Virus record (IMG/VR): IMGVR_UViG_3300037067_016777
Span: 32,001-96,000 of that record
Strand: one strand, 5' to 3'
DNA from: a virus
Taxonomy: Duplodnaviria > Caudoviricetes
Length of the DNA: 64,000 nt
The position numbers and the translations under genes were made by a program. The notes beneath the pieces are model-generated. The model was not told the origin of the DNA, did not search any database, and worked only from the letters and a program-made list of their open reading frames with translations. Below are positions 1 through 9,526 of the stretch, one piece after another (the first letter of the stretch is position 1; each line of letters starts with the position of its first letter).

Positions 1-127
1 CGACACTGTGGAGATCGATCGGTTTCCCGAGGCGAGCTAAGACTCCTTCCTCAGTCAGCTTAGTCGGCAATACAACCGGCTTCTTTTCTTCTTTGTCGAA
101 TTGCTTCCGTGGCTTCGTAGCTGTCAT
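1..127 (-). CDS. hypothetical protein, runs off the left edge of the window
   Basis: ATG at 127 preceded by CACAGGAG RBS and a promoter copy at 185-214; frame open to position 1. Confidence 0.6.
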   Translation of the reverse strand, partial: MTATKPRKQFDKEEKKPVVLPTKLTEEGVLARLGKPIDLHSV

Positions 128-184
128 ATAAGCTCCTGTGCAAATTCTTAAGTATTAATATTAGGGTTTTGCTGGGTATGCTTT

Positions 185-306
185 CTTATAGCACAACACA
201 CCCAGATCGTGAACTTGCCTAACTTAGGTTTATATGAACCTATGGTCAAATACACCCGAAGAGGTGCCAAGCAGAGGTTAAGGCTGGCACATTCTTGTGC
301 TATGAG
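185..306. promoter_or_regulatory. divergent pair of phage promoter copies (185-214 minus; 277-306 plus)
   Basis: GTTCACG-17-TATAAG and GTTAAGG-17-TATGAG, both with TGC immediately before the -10 box. Confidence 0.6.
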
Positions 307-331
307 TACTTAGACACCCAGGAGATTTATC

Positions 332-1792
332 ATGGCGACAGTTGGAATAGGCCCGCAGTTCTTCAAGAAATCACTCAACGATTACCGAGATTGGTTGTGG
401 GCGATGCCACGAGAGGCACTCCAGAACAGCATGGATGCACCACATTCGAAGAACATCCATACTTGGCTTGAACTAAAGGACGGCAACACCGTCTTTTCTT
501 GGGGTAATGACGGCGATCCGATGAGCAAAGAGGAGTTGATTGGTAAGCTCCTTACGCTCGGAGAGTCGGGAAAAGATTTTCAAGGAACAGTTGGCGGTTT
601 TGGCGCTGCGAAGCTTATTTTGTTGTTTGCTCATCTTCACTACGAGATTTACACCGGTAATTTCTACGTCACCGGTAGTGGTGGAAATTACACCCTTGAG
701 GAACGCGATCATTATTATCCCGGCACGCTGACGAAAGTTACGATTGAAGGCGACCAGCAGCAATCTCTATTAGACAACCTTCGTGCTTTTTTGTGTATGT
801 CGCAGTGGCACGGGAACATCAAAGTCAACAACCAAGACTTCACAGAGAAGATGAAGAAGGGATCACGTCGTCGCGAATTCGATTGGTGTACGATCTACAC
901 GAACAAATCGATCACCAATCGCATGATTGTCCGGATCCACGGTATCCCAATGTTCTACCGTTATGTTAGTTGCAATAATCGTTGTGTTGTAGTCGAGCTG
1001 AAGACCGCTGATGCGACGATTTTGCAATCGAATCGCGATGCTCTCAAAAGCGAATTCCAAGCTCAACTCGACACCTTTATCGACGAGATCACCGTTGATA
1101 AGGCGTCTGCTCTCAAAGACGATGAGCCACATTATACTCATTTTCACGGAAACAAGTTGTCGAACGTTGCGAGGGCGAAAGAGACTCTCAATGCTATCAT
1201 CACAGCAGCCTATGCTACGGTGCCTGTTCCTTGTGATGATGAAAAGACCGAAACGATCATTGAAGGACGTCAAACCGCCATCGCAGCACCGACACCAATC
1301 TCTACTCGCGACACTGGTAAGCACTCAAAGCTTAAGCATGAGTTCATTATCAAGAACAATACAGGAATGGAAATTCCTATTCACTACATCCCAAGCGATT
1401 TCAGCGAGTACAGCACGAAGCTTACGAAAATCTGGGTACAGGTGTTGCTTGGTTTGCACGATCTGTTCAATAAACAAGCCGATTTTACTGTCGGCTTTGT
1501 TTTCGATGAATCCGACGAAGCACAGTTCGAACGCCGTAGCGAATACGGTCAAGTCTACTACATCAATCCGATAACAGTTGTCAAACAGAAGGCGACCGGC
1601 AGCCGTTCATTGTCAAAGAGATGGAAATTCAACGCTGCCGGTCGATGGGCTATCCTTGCCGATGCCCTTCACGAGTTTGTTCATGGTGCTATCGGCCTTC
1701 ACTACCACGACGAATTTTTTAGCACTACTCTGACCGAGATGGCAGGTGTCTTACTCAGAGAGCGGCAGAAGTTCAATAAGTGCTTCAATTAA
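332..1792 (+). CDS. GHKL (HATPase_c) ATPase with C-terminal HExxH zincin-like motif
   Basis: REALQNSMDA, NDGDPM and GGFGAAK Bergerat-fold motifs; LHEFVH...YHDEFF near the C-terminus; CAGGAG RBS. Confidence 0.75.
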   Translation: MATVGIGPQFFKKSLNDYRDWLWAMPREALQNSMDAPHSKNIHTWLELKDGNTVFSWGNDGDPMSKEELIGKLLTLGESGKDFQGTVGGFGAAKLILLFAHLHYEIYTGNFYVTGSGGNYTLEERDHYYPGTLTKVTIEGDQQQSLLDNLRAFLCMSQWHGNIKVNNQDFTEKMKKGSRRREFDWCTIYTNKSITNRMIVRIHGIPMFYRYVSCNNRCVVVELKTADATILQSNRDALKSEFQAQLDTFIDEITVDKASALKDDEPHYTHFHGNKLSNVARAKETLNAIITAAYATVPVPCDDEKTETIIEGRQTAIAAPTPISTRDTGKHSKLKHEFIIKNNTGMEIPIHYIPSDFSEYSTKLTKIWVQVLLGLHDLFNKQADFTVGFVFDESDEAQFERRSEYGQVYYINPITVVKQKATGSRSLSKRWKFNAAGRWAILADALHEFVHGAIGLHYHDEFFSTTLTEMAGVLLRERQKFNKCFN

Positions 1793-1817
1793 AACCATGC
1801 CTATTTCCGGCTATAAT
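1788..1817 (+). promoter_or_regulatory. phage promoter copy
   Basis: TTAAAA-17-TATAAT; the -35 overlaps the stop codon of 332..1792. Confidence 0.65.
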
Positions 1818-1836
1818 TTGGTATAGGAGAACCAAC

Positions 1837-1995
1837 ATGGTCCAACTTGACGAAAACAAACGACCAGAAATTATCGTCCCTCTTTGTTGTTGGTGTGAAG
1901 AGCCATTAGACGGCGCTGGACAGAACGGAATGCACGGTCCTTGTGCCAACGAGTACCGAGAAGCCATTAGAGAAACAGGAGAGGATGAGCAATGA
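1837..1995 (+). CDS. small Cys/His-rich hypothetical protein
   Basis: AGGAGA RBS then ATG at 1837; CxxC...HxxC. Confidence 0.55.
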   Translation: MVQLDENKRPEIIVPLCCWCEEPLDGAGQNGMHGPCANEYREAIRETGEDEQ

Positions 1996-2177
1996 AAAGA
2001 ATCTGGGAATGGGCGTTTGCTACCTTCTTCCCTAATGCCTGTTTGCGCATTACGACTTATGCCTACAGCACATCTAATAGGCTGACGGAAGGAGATAAGG
2101 TTTTGATGGCGATCGATAGAGCTATCCGGCCGGAGTGGTGGCAAGAAGCTGAGGAGTATCTGGAATCAGAATCCTAA
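1992..2177 (+). CDS. hypothetical protein
   Basis: ATGA overlap with the upstream gene; GAGGA RBS. Confidence 0.55.
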   Translation: MKRIWEWAFATFFPNACLRITTYAYSTSNRLTEGDKVLMAIDRAIRPEWWQEAEEYLESES

Positions 2178-2249
2178 TCTGACTCTGCTTTGTGGATGAG
2201 GTGCTTCAGCATCCATGCGATTAAAGGATTATTTCCGGCTGTATTTGTA

Positions 2250-2279
2250 GTTTACGCATGATATCTCTCGTGCTAAAAT
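2250..2279 (+). promoter_or_regulatory. phage promoter copy
   Basis: GTTTACG-17(TCGTGC)-TAAAAT. Confidence 0.65.
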
Positions 2280-2328
2280 TGTTCAGTCAAAGGTGCTTTT
2301 GAACGGTAATGGTAAGGTTGGTGACCAA

Positions 2329-4380
2329 ATGAAAATCTCAGAGCTCCGTAGTGCGATCGATAGAGCTTCGCAGCTCTATTACACTCTTGGCACGATCTCA
2401 TCAACCTCAGATACCGAGTATGATGTGTTGATGGACGAGTTGAGGCGATTAGATCCATCAGATCCTCGACTAACTAGAATCGGTCCCCCATATTCTGCTG
2501 CTGATTTCGCTGCCAAGAAACAACACCTAATCCCAATGGGGTCTCTCGATAATACTGATGGTGGTATTAGTGGATTTGCTAGTTGGTACGACAAGACTTG
2601 TGCTCTGCTCGGTGTCGAGAGTTTCACGATCAACGCTTCCTTGAAGATGGATGGCAACAGTGTTGCGTTAAATTATGAAAAAGGTATGCTTAAGGAAGCG
2701 ATCAGCCGTGGAAACGGTACCGAAGGTTTGGATATCACAGCAAATGCCGTAAAGTGGATGGGCGTTCCGACCTGCTTGCCAGTCACATTCACTGGTACGG
2801 TCCGTGGCGAGGCGATTCTCTACAAGGCCGAATTTGACGCGATGAAGGAGAGCGACCCGACACTCACCAACCCCAGGAATGTGGGTAGCGGTATTCTCGG
2901 TCGAACTGATGGCACACAGAATGAACTGATTCGTTTTGTCGCTTTCAACATCGTCGATCCGAAGACGGGTTTCTCCTCTTTGAGCACCAAATTCAAGGTT
3001 CTTGAGAGGCTCGGTTTCAGTCCAGTACCACATATCGTCATCAGTGGTGATCATCGCCAAGCCATCATCAAATCGTTTGAAGACAATTTCGCTGAGACGG
3101 AAGCGCAACGCCCGATGTTGCCTTTCGAGATCGATGGCGTCGTGGTGATGGTCGATGACGTTCCAGCACAGAAATCGATCACGAAGGACCGAAAGGATGA
3201 GCTACGACCGAAGTATGGTCGGGCTGTGAAGTTCGTCACCGCCAAAGCACAAACGACAGTGACCGGCGTCACCATCACCATGGGCCATACCGGCTCTATC
3301 ATCCCAACGGCGATTCTTGAGCCGGTCTTCGTCGGCGGCGTCACTGTCACCAACGTCCTGCTCAACAACTGGAACGCGGATAGCGAAGCTCCATCAGCCG
3401 CTCATGTCGCAATCGGCGACACTGTTGAGATTGCCAGGCAAGGCGACGTCATCCCGAAGATTGTCCGCGTCATCGATCGTCCATCCGATCGCCAGCCGAT
3501 TGAAGAGCCGAAAGTATGCCCCGTCTGTGGCTCGCCGACAACAAGGACATTGCGAGACAAAGAAGGCGTCGTCACCTACTGCACGAACGCTGACTGCGGC
3601 GGTGCATCGGTCAGCAAGATCAAGCACTACATCGGAAACTCCGACAAGGGTGCTGGTATCATGGGCGTCGGCGATAGTGTTCTCGAAGCACTCACGAGCA
3701 ACGGACTTGTCACAACACCCGGCGACCTTTACCGGCTCAAAGCTGAGCAGTTGATTGATTTGCAGATCGGCACGAGCAAGAGCGGTACGCCAATCCGGCT
3801 CGGCAACACCAGAACAAACAACCTTCTCGCCGAAATCGAGAAGTCCAAGCAACTTCCGCTCACTAAGTTCCTTGGCGCTCTCGGCATTTCGCTGCTCGGT
3901 CGGCGTCGTGTCGAAATCGTCGCCCAGGAGCAAGGACTGACGACGCTTGAGGATTGGTTGAATGAAGAGAAACTCGCCACGATTCCCGGTGACGTGATAC
4001 GGAAGACGATTATCGATGGGCTGCAAAAGGTGCGGCCCGTCATCGACGATCTGCTTGCCGTTGGCATCGTTGTTTCGCCTGTTGTTCCTATCGAAATCCT
4101 GGAGACTACAACCGTCGCAACGGCCGATGACGGCGTGATTGGTCCCAAGCAGATCGCTGGCAGCACGTTCTGTTGGACTGGCTGCCGCGATTTTATCGAT
4201 GAGGTTGTTGCGAGGGGTGGTGTCGTGAAGAGCGGTGTGAGCAAAGGACTCCATTATTTGGTGCAGAAAGATGCTACGTCATCGTCTGGTAAGACCTTGA
4301 AGGCCGAAAGCTACGGCACGAAAATCATCAGCATCGACTGTCTGCGTGAAGTCCTTGACGGTCTTCGAGAGCTGCCATAG
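2329..4380 (+). CDS. ligA: NAD-dependent DNA ligase
   Basis: SDTEYD, KMDG adenylation motif, NPRN, EIDGVVV, GDVIPKI, C4 zinc finger, C-terminal BRCT (SGVSKGLHYLV); start assumed at ATG 2329. Confidence 0.95.
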   Translation: MKISELRSAIDRASQLYYTLGTISSTSDTEYDVLMDELRRLDPSDPRLTRIGPPYSAADFAAKKQHLIPMGSLDNTDGGISGFASWYDKTCALLGVESFTINASLKMDGNSVALNYEKGMLKEAISRGNGTEGLDITANAVKWMGVPTCLPVTFTGTVRGEAILYKAEFDAMKESDPTLTNPRNVGSGILGRTDGTQNELIRFVAFNIVDPKTGFSSLSTKFKVLERLGFSPVPHIVISGDHRQAIIKSFEDNFAETEAQRPMLPFEIDGVVVMVDDVPAQKSITKDRKDELRPKYGRAVKFVTAKAQTTVTGVTITMGHTGSIIPTAILEPVFVGGVTVTNVLLNNWNADSEAPSAAHVAIGDTVEIARQGDVIPKIVRVIDRPSDRQPIEEPKVCPVCGSPTTRTLRDKEGVVTYCTNADCGGASVSKIKHYIGNSDKGAGIMGVGDSVLEALTSNGLVTTPGDLYRLKAEQLIDLQIGTSKSGTPIRLGNTRTNNLLAEIEKSKQLPLTKFLGALGISLLGRRRVEIVAQEQGLTTLEDWLNEEKLATIPGDVIRKTIIDGLQKVRPVIDDLLAVGIVVSPVVPIEILETTTVATADDGVIGPKQIAGSTFCWTGCRDFIDEVVARGGVVKSGVSKGLHYLVQKDATSSSGKTLKAESYGTKIISIDCLREVLDGLRELP

Positions 4381-4384
4381 CTCG

Positions 4385-4414
4385 GTTAATACTGACCTGT
4401 CCTCGTGCTATAAT
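4385..4414 (+). promoter_or_regulatory. phage promoter copy
   Basis: GTTAATA-17(TCGTGC)-TATAAT followed by AGGAGG RBS. Confidence 0.85.
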
Positions 4415-4433
4415 GAAATAGGAGGACACACAG

Positions 4434-4934
4434 ATGTCGAAATACCGAGTTTGCAGGTGCTGCGGTCAGAAAATCCGCCCCCAATTACACTGCCATTACA
4501 GCGGTGATGGATGTCTCTCGCTTAGCTGGGTATACCACAACAACGGCAAGATAGAACATGCCAATCGCAAGGTCACAAAGGCCGATTGCCAACGCTATCT
4601 GCGACGAAAAGACAACCAGCGCATGGTCGAACGCGATTGGTTGCCGGTTCAGATCAACGACAAATGGAAGCTCGTTCGCTACGTCAAGCGGACCGGTCCG
4701 GCTCGGCTCAACATCAGCGGCCACGTCTTCTACTACAATGCCATCAAGATGCGTGACGGTCGTATTTTCGACTGTGACCTGAAAGTCACGTTCAAGATGC
4801 GAGTCAAGGGTAAGATGGTCGAGCACGAAATGCAGAACATCAGCATTCGCAGTGAGATTCGCTTCTTCCTTGAAAATGAGAAGGTTCTTAAGCCACAATT
4901 CAAGGGCTTCAAACCGGTCAGAGGAGAGCTATGA
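4434..4934 (+). CDS. basic hypothetical protein
   Basis: promoter and AGGAGG RBS directly upstream. Confidence 0.7.
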   Translation: MSKYRVCRCCGQKIRPQLHCHYSGDGCLSLSWVYHNNGKIEHANRKVTKADCQRYLRRKDNQRMVERDWLPVQINDKWKLVRYVKRTGPARLNISGHVFYYNAIKMRDGRIFDCDLKVTFKMRVKGKMVEHEMQNISIRSEIRFFLENEKVLKPQFKGFKPVRGEL

Positions 4935-5221
4935 TGTTGGCTGTTGATGAGGAATTGCAAGCGATTGCTGATGAGAAAGACGCCGACAAGATCAGTGAAG
5001 CCGCCGATGTGACTCTTGTATTGGATGGTGATGATAGCACTATCGATGGCATCGTAACTGGACTAAAACTTGCTGCTAAAGCACAAAAACTACAGAGGCA
5101 GACTGTCGGTAAGAAGGTAATGATATTCAAGATTACTTTCTCCGAATACGTTGACGATGATGGTATTGCCATTTTCGTAGGAGCCAAAGAATCGGTGCGG
5201 AAACGGCTTAAAAAACTATGA
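4931..5221 (+). CDS. hypothetical protein
   Basis: ATGA coupling; GAGGAG RBS. Confidence 0.65.
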   Translation: MMLAVDEELQAIADEKDADKISEAADVTLVLDGDDSTIDGIVTGLKLAAKAQKLQRQTVGKKVMIFKITFSEYVDDDGIAIFVGAKESVRKRLKKL

Positions 5222-5229
5222 TCACAGAA

Positions 5230-5259
5230 GTTAACTGCCCACCCTGGTCGTGCTATAAC
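5230..5259 (+). promoter_or_regulatory. phage promoter copy
   Basis: GTTAACT-17(TCGTGC)-TATAAC, then CACAGGAGA. Confidence 0.85.
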
Positions 5260-5278
5260 TAATCACAGGAGAACCAAC

Positions 5279-5494
5279 ATGACCGACCGAATCGAGCGTA
5301 CCTACAACTCCGCAGAACTCAAACACACCAGCGTTGATATCGCACGCGTTGTCATCGAGGACGAGCAGGGGCGTCGAGGTATTGCGTTCCTCTCGGCTCA
5401 TATGAGGAATGGTCGCCCCTGCTTCGTACTCACGACCAAGAAGAATCACGACAAGGAAACCATTGTCGCCTCCACGGCAGATTGGCTAATCTGA
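5279..5494 (+). CDS. hypothetical protein
   Basis: promoter plus ACAGGAGA RBS. Confidence 0.7.
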   Translation: MTDRIERTYNSAELKHTSVDIARVVIEDEQGRRGIAFLSAHMRNGRPCFVLTTKKNHDKETIVASTADWLI

Positions 5495-5967
5495 TGCGAG
5501 TGCACCATACATGCGACACGATGAATTGCGATGTTCGCGACGTGAATGATGCGGCCAAGTTTACCAAGCTTCGGGTCCGCAACGACGCTCAGATCGGTAT
5601 CGGCATTTGGATTGATGGGTACTCAACCCATACAGCCACTGATGATGACCCCGATGCCGTTTTCTACCTCGAAGTCCAGGATGGTAAGCCTGTCCTGCGG
5701 GTATGGGCCGACATCAATTCTGAAGAGCCGACCCATACCATTGACCTGTCGGGTGCCCATATCAATTGTCGTCTGTCGATCTTCAAGGGCAACCTTTACT
5801 ACTACGGTGACGACCACGAGGTCAAGCATCACCTTGCTAGTTTCGAGGAGCAGGCCGTAAATGCCACCCTCCTGGAGCGGAAGGTCCTCGACAAGTATTG
5901 GGATGATCGGCTCGACGCGGCTAGCTGCTCGCCCCATTTCGAATACGAGGTAGTTGTTGATGAGTGA
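5494..5967 (+). CDS. hypothetical protein
   Basis: TGATG coupling to the upstream gene; exact start uncertain. Confidence 0.6.
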   Translation: MRVHHTCDTMNCDVRDVNDAAKFTKLRVRNDAQIGIGIWIDGYSTHTATDDDPDAVFYLEVQDGKPVLRVWADINSEEPTHTIDLSGAHINCRLSIFKGNLYYYGDDHEVKHHLASFEEQAVNATLLERKVLDKYWDDRLDAASCSPHFEYEVVVDE

Positions 5968-6160
5968 ACAGATCACGGCTGAACTTGCTTGGAGATTGCG
6001 TAAGCGAGGTTTCATTCTTGAGACCGGCAAACAATATGAAGACGAGGCTGTTGCGGCTATTGCCAAGCGACAAGAAGAATTAATGGCTGATAAGTGGCAG
6101 ATTCAAGTTGAGATGGGTAGGCTTGATTTGCAGCTCCAGCAGCTTGCCAAGGAAGTATAG
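5960..6160 (+). CDS. small coiled-coil hypothetical protein
   Basis: GAGG RBS; overlaps the upstream stop. Confidence 0.55.
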   Translation: MSEQITAELAWRLRKRGFILETGKQYEDEAVAAIAKRQEELMADKWQIQVEMGRLDLQLQQLAKEV

Positions 6161-6241
6161 TCGGATGGGTGAGGGAAGGCGTTATTTGCTATATGTCGCA
6201 CCGTGATGACGACGGCTCAGCGACCAACTCACCCATCCGAC
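6160..6241. other. structured intergenic element (14-bp perfect closing stem with inner hairpin)
   Basis: GTCGGATGGGTGAG 6160-6173 pairs with CTCACCCATCCGAC 6228-6241. Confidence 0.7.
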
Positions 6242-6316
6242 CTTTCCACCTTGGAAATCTGAGGATGTATTTAATGGTTCCAGATTTTGGTGATTGCAGG
6301 AGGAGGAACCATTTAT

Positions 6317-6604
6317 ATGTCCGTGAAGCTTTTAAAGTTATCTTGCGGCGATCTTCTTATTGCCGAAGTAGAAGATGATCAGTCGGGAGAGAACCTATTG
6401 ATCAAGAGACCTCTCCGTATGATTATCGGCAGAGAAGGGATTGGCCTTCAGATGTGGATGCCGTGCAGCCTCGATCAAGAGGTTCCGGTTTGCCGGGCTC
6501 ATATCGTTACCGAAACAGAAGCCGAAGGTCCTCTAGCTCAAGAGTATCAGAGCAAGTTCGGTGGTGCTATCGTTACACCAGAGAAGCCGAAACTGGTCAT
6601 TTAG
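6317..6604 (+). CDS. conserved T4-like phage small protein (possible Sm-like fold)
   Basis: MSVKLLKLSCGDLLIAEV...WMP...YQSKFGGAIVTP pattern recalled from T4-like myovirus proteins; AGGAGG RBS. Confidence 0.6.
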   Translation: MSVKLLKLSCGDLLIAEVEDDQSGENLLIKRPLRMIIGREGIGLQMWMPCSLDQEVPVCRAHIVTETEAEGPLAQEYQSKFGGAIVTPEKPKLVI

Positions 6605-6812
6605 GTTCGCAGAGCGATAAGTAAGCATCACGCTGCCCACGCAGATATGCGACCTGCAGGGCGAAGTGCAGGCTGCCTACAAACGCATCACGAAGATCCT
6701 TTGGAAGCCATATTTTAATTTGTTCTTCCAGCAGGTTTTGTTCTTGCGTCGGCTCGTTGCTTGCTTCTTTTGCAATCTTGGCGACCGCTTCGTCACTAAG
6801 GATATTGCTCAT
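6597..6812 (-). CDS. hypothetical protein
   Basis: AGGAG RBS then ATG at 6812. Confidence 0.55.
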   Translation of the reverse strand: MSNILSDEAVAKIAKEASNEPTQEQNLLEEQIKIWLPKDLRDAFVGSLHFALQVAYLRGQRDAYLSLCEPK

Positions 6813-6820
6813 GTCTGCTC

Positions 6821-7249
6821 CTAGTCGAGATAAATGGTGCGGATAATTCCCGGCTTTGCTACCGGCAGATCTTCTTCCGGTCCGTTGCCGCCGAAGTACG
6901 GCAAAAGTGCTTGGGCAAGGCGGGCAAGCTTGTGCTGCATTGCTTCGCCCGACACACATGACGCTTTGATGGGGTCATAGCAACCAGACGTCCGCAGACA
7001 TTTCTCGATGATCTGAACTTCGGTGAGTTCGATGGTCTTCTGCGTCTTGCCGTTTTCAGCCAGGTAAGCCTTAATGTGCTTGCAAGACTTCGGGACTTCC
7101 TTAGAGAAGATCCAGCCTTTGCAGTTGCAATGGTGGATGCCGTCCTTAAGACGAATCTTGTATGGCTCCTCGCCCGGATCAGTGCGGCTCTGGACGTGGC
7201 ACACAACCACGCCATATTTCTGGATTTTGTCGTTTTCGGTCATCGCCAT
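6821..7249 (-). CDS. SWIM zinc-finger protein
   Basis: YKIRL...CNCKGW...CKHI (CxC-xn-CxH). Confidence 0.75.
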   Translation of the reverse strand: MAMTENDKIQKYGVVVCHVQSRTDPGEEPYKIRLKDGIHHCNCKGWIFSKEVPKSCKHIKAYLAENGKTQKTIELTEVQIIEKCLRTSGCYDPIKASCVSGEAMQHKLARLAQALLPYFGGNGPEEDLPVAKPGIIRTIYLD

Positions 7250-7294
7250 CTGAATTACCTTTCCAATCTGGAAACTGACACAGTCTTTATATTC

Positions 7295-7744
7295 TTATTT
7301 GGAGTATCCCGGCATCGTCCGGATAGCAGCGGCGAGAATCTTGGCCTTCGGCATATCGCCAGCTTCCACAGCTTCGAGAAGGTGGAAGAATACCGCCTTC
7401 GCTTCCTGGTTGATCGGCTCCATTTGCGGCGTTGTCATACCCTTTCGTCGTTGCATTGCAACAAGGGCCGGATGGTCAGGGCTGGCATGACCGACGACAG
7501 TTGGGCGGTGCTTGTATCCGAACTTATATTGAGCACCTTGACCGTTGACCAGGACGCCAAGGAATGGGTTGGCCGGTCGGCTTGCCTTAATGTCGGTGAC
7601 AATCATCTGCTGGCGATCACCGTAAAGCTGCACGATATCGAAGAGCTTGATTTCGGAGATTGTCGTAGTCGGGCGGGTGTTGAATCGCGGGCTGGCGTTT
7701 GCCATTTGTTGGGCGATGACGTCGGCTCGGTCGCTATTCATCAT
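7295..7744 (-). CDS. hypothetical protein
   Basis: promoter 7787-7816, hairpin leader and ACAGGAGA RBS. Confidence 0.7.
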   Translation of the reverse strand: MMNSDRADVIAQQMANASPRFNTRPTTTISEIKLFDIVQLYGDRQQMIVTDIKASRPANPFLGVLVNGQGAQYKFGYKHRPTVVGHASPDHPALVAMQRRKGMTTPQMEPINQEAKAVFFHLLEAVEAGDMPKAKILAAAIRTMPGYSK

Positions 7745-7811
7745 GAGTCTCCTGTGTGCTGGAGAGGGCATCCCTCTCTCTAATTTATCATAGCACGAAC
7801 AGAAGTAATTA

Positions 7812-8486
7812 TTAATCGGGCTTTGAGTAGTCGATCTGAATGACCGGTGCTTCTTCGGTCGATCCTAACTCATTGAATGCCTTGATGCCCAAATCAGAGA
7901 TTCGATGCGTGATGGCAGCTTCAAAGGAGCTTTTGGCATCCGTTACGACCTTGTCCATCGCTTCATTGAACTGTGTGCCGATAAAGGGCAGATTCGATCT
8001 GAGGTTTATCGAAATTTTTCTGAGGAGTTCGAGAAGCTCCTTTCGGTCTGATACCTTGACCGTTTTTTGGTCAAGTAATGCCTCTGCCTTTTTGATCAGG
8101 TTGAAAGCTATGTCTGAAGTCTCGACACAGGCGTCCTCAAATTCTGCCTCAAACAGTTGTCGCATTGAGGTTTCTGGACAGTTCTCGACACCTTGCTTTC
8201 CGATGCGACGGACAGTGCACGGAACGCCGTCGCCAACGTTGAGTGTTGTGATTGCTTCGGCGAATTGGGCAGGGCTCATCTCGACTTCGATGATTGTCTC
8301 ATCGCCGTAATAGCGATCTTCATTTAGTGAGCGTATTTTGGTAGCTTGTTTGATACGAAGGGCGATCGTGTGGTGGTGGCTCAACGAGGAGCCGAAGAGG
8401 TTAGTTCCTCCTCTTGCTCCACCATGTGTGATACGGGAGAAGCCGACCATTCCGTAGCTTGGGTGCTTTTCTCTTTGTTCTGCCAT
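7812..8486 (-). CDS. conserved phage hypothetical protein
   Basis: 224-aa ORF; HPSYGMVGFSR...LFGS...GDGVPCT pattern recalled from phage proteins. Confidence 0.7.
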   Translation of the reverse strand: MAEQREKHPSYGMVGFSRITHGGARGGTNLFGSSLSHHHTIALRIKQATKIRSLNEDRYYGDETIIEVEMSPAQFAEAITTLNVGDGVPCTVRRIGKQGVENCPETSMRQLFEAEFEDACVETSDIAFNLIKKAEALLDQKTVKVSDRKELLELLRKISINLRSNLPFIGTQFNEAMDKVVTDAKSSFEAAITHRISDLGIKAFNELGSTEEAPVIQIDYSKPD

Positions 8487-8506
8487 TATTACTCTGCTGG
8501 GTTAAC

Positions 8507-9070
8507 TTAGAACTTGGTGGCTTTCAACAACCCAAGGTCACGACCTAGAAAGCGTTGAATGGCTTTTACGTCATCTATTAACATCCGCTCGTGGTCGTCG
8601 TATTCGAAGACCCATGAACCGGATGGTAGGTTGAATCTGGACGCTATCAGCTTTGCTGGGCTTCTGACCGGTGAATCGCCACCATGCAATATGAGATACT
8701 TTGCAGGAGCACCACGTTTCATGATGCCTCTGGTTACGCGGCCACGAGGAAGACCACTATAGCAGTGCGATATGTTCCTGACCGCTGCAGGATCATCAAG
8801 ACGCAGCATAGTGCTAGACCACTTCTTCCATATCGTAGCATGGTCCAAGTCAAGACCGCGACTTGACGGGAATTGGGAATCGAAAAACGACTCCAAACGC
8901 CATCCCGATGCTAGTGGAATCCAGAAATAAATGCCGGTTTGTGGCTCTTTTTGGCCCTCGACCAGATGCCGTAGAAACCGCATAGCTGCCGCTCGTCTCC
9001 GATAATCCTTGACCCCATCTTCGTTGATCAAGGATAGCGTTTTCCAACCATTCATTTCAGACAATTTCAT
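8507..9070 (-). CDS. hypothetical protein (possible head-packaged protein)
   Basis: GGAGG RBS; N-terminus MKLSEM...LINE resembles a protease-cleaved leader. Confidence 0.6.
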   Translation of the reverse strand: MKLSEMNGWKTLSLINEDGVKDYRRRAAAMRFLRHLVEGQKEPQTGIYFWIPLASGWRLESFFDSQFPSSRGLDLDHATIWKKWSSTMLRLDDPAAVRNISHCYSGLPRGRVTRGIMKRGAPAKYLILHGGDSPVRSPAKLIASRFNLPSGSWVFEYDDHERMLIDDVKAIQRFLGRDLGLLKATKF

Positions 9071-9093
9071 AATGGGTCCTCCAACTTATCTTT

Positions 9094-9348
9094 TCAGAAC
9101 CCATTCCTTTCTAGCCAGTCGACTTCAGCTTGTAGTGCGTCGGACCGTAGACGATATGGCCCTAGTTTCGGCCCGTTCACCGGCGACAAATCGGCCACCC
9201 AATTCACTTGCTCGCCACCATCGATAGGCTCGACATGGCTAGCACGTCTGATGGTGGTTTCGCCCTCATCGTAGAGAGTGACAAGGGCATCGTTGTGGAT
9301 GGCCGCAATGCTGCCGTCAGGTTTGATCGCAAGGCTAATAGCTGACAT
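9094..9348 (-). CDS. small conserved protein of the DUF1257/DUF2997 module
   Basis: IRRASHVEP...WVADLSPVNGPKLGPY.LRSDALQAEVDWL, recalled as the neighbour of DUF2997 genes. Confidence 0.7.
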   Translation of the reverse strand: MSAISLAIKPDGSIAAIHNDALVTLYDEGETTIRRASHVEPIDGGEQVNWVADLSPVNGPKLGPYRLRSDALQAEVDWLERNGF

Positions 9349-9517
9349 GATTCTGCTGCGGCCTTTCGTACATTTCCGGTGTGTCTTTGTCTGTGGAGAC
9401 GGTCCCGAGAGCCTTTTCGACGGCTTTCGTAACGTCTTTGCAGGATTGGCCCTTCACGCCGTTGACTTCGATTTTCGGCGTCCCGTCCGGAGAGACTGTG
9501 ATCGTGATTGTCTGCAT
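9335..9517 (-). CDS. DUF2997 family protein
   Basis: ITITVSPDG.PKIEVNGVKGQSC.DVTKAVEKALG...TPEMY. Confidence 0.85.
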   Translation of the reverse strand: MQTITITVSPDGTPKIEVNGVKGQSCKDVTKAVEKALGTVSTDKDTPEMYERPQQNHVSY

Positions 9518-9526
9518 GGTGTACTC

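Noticed and set aside
3394-4254. Long antisense or alternate-frame ORFs (e.g. 3394-4254, 7076-7783, 11308-11943, 17326-18036, 43483-44118)
   Set aside because: They shadow well-supported genes and have no RBS, promoter or recognisable motifs
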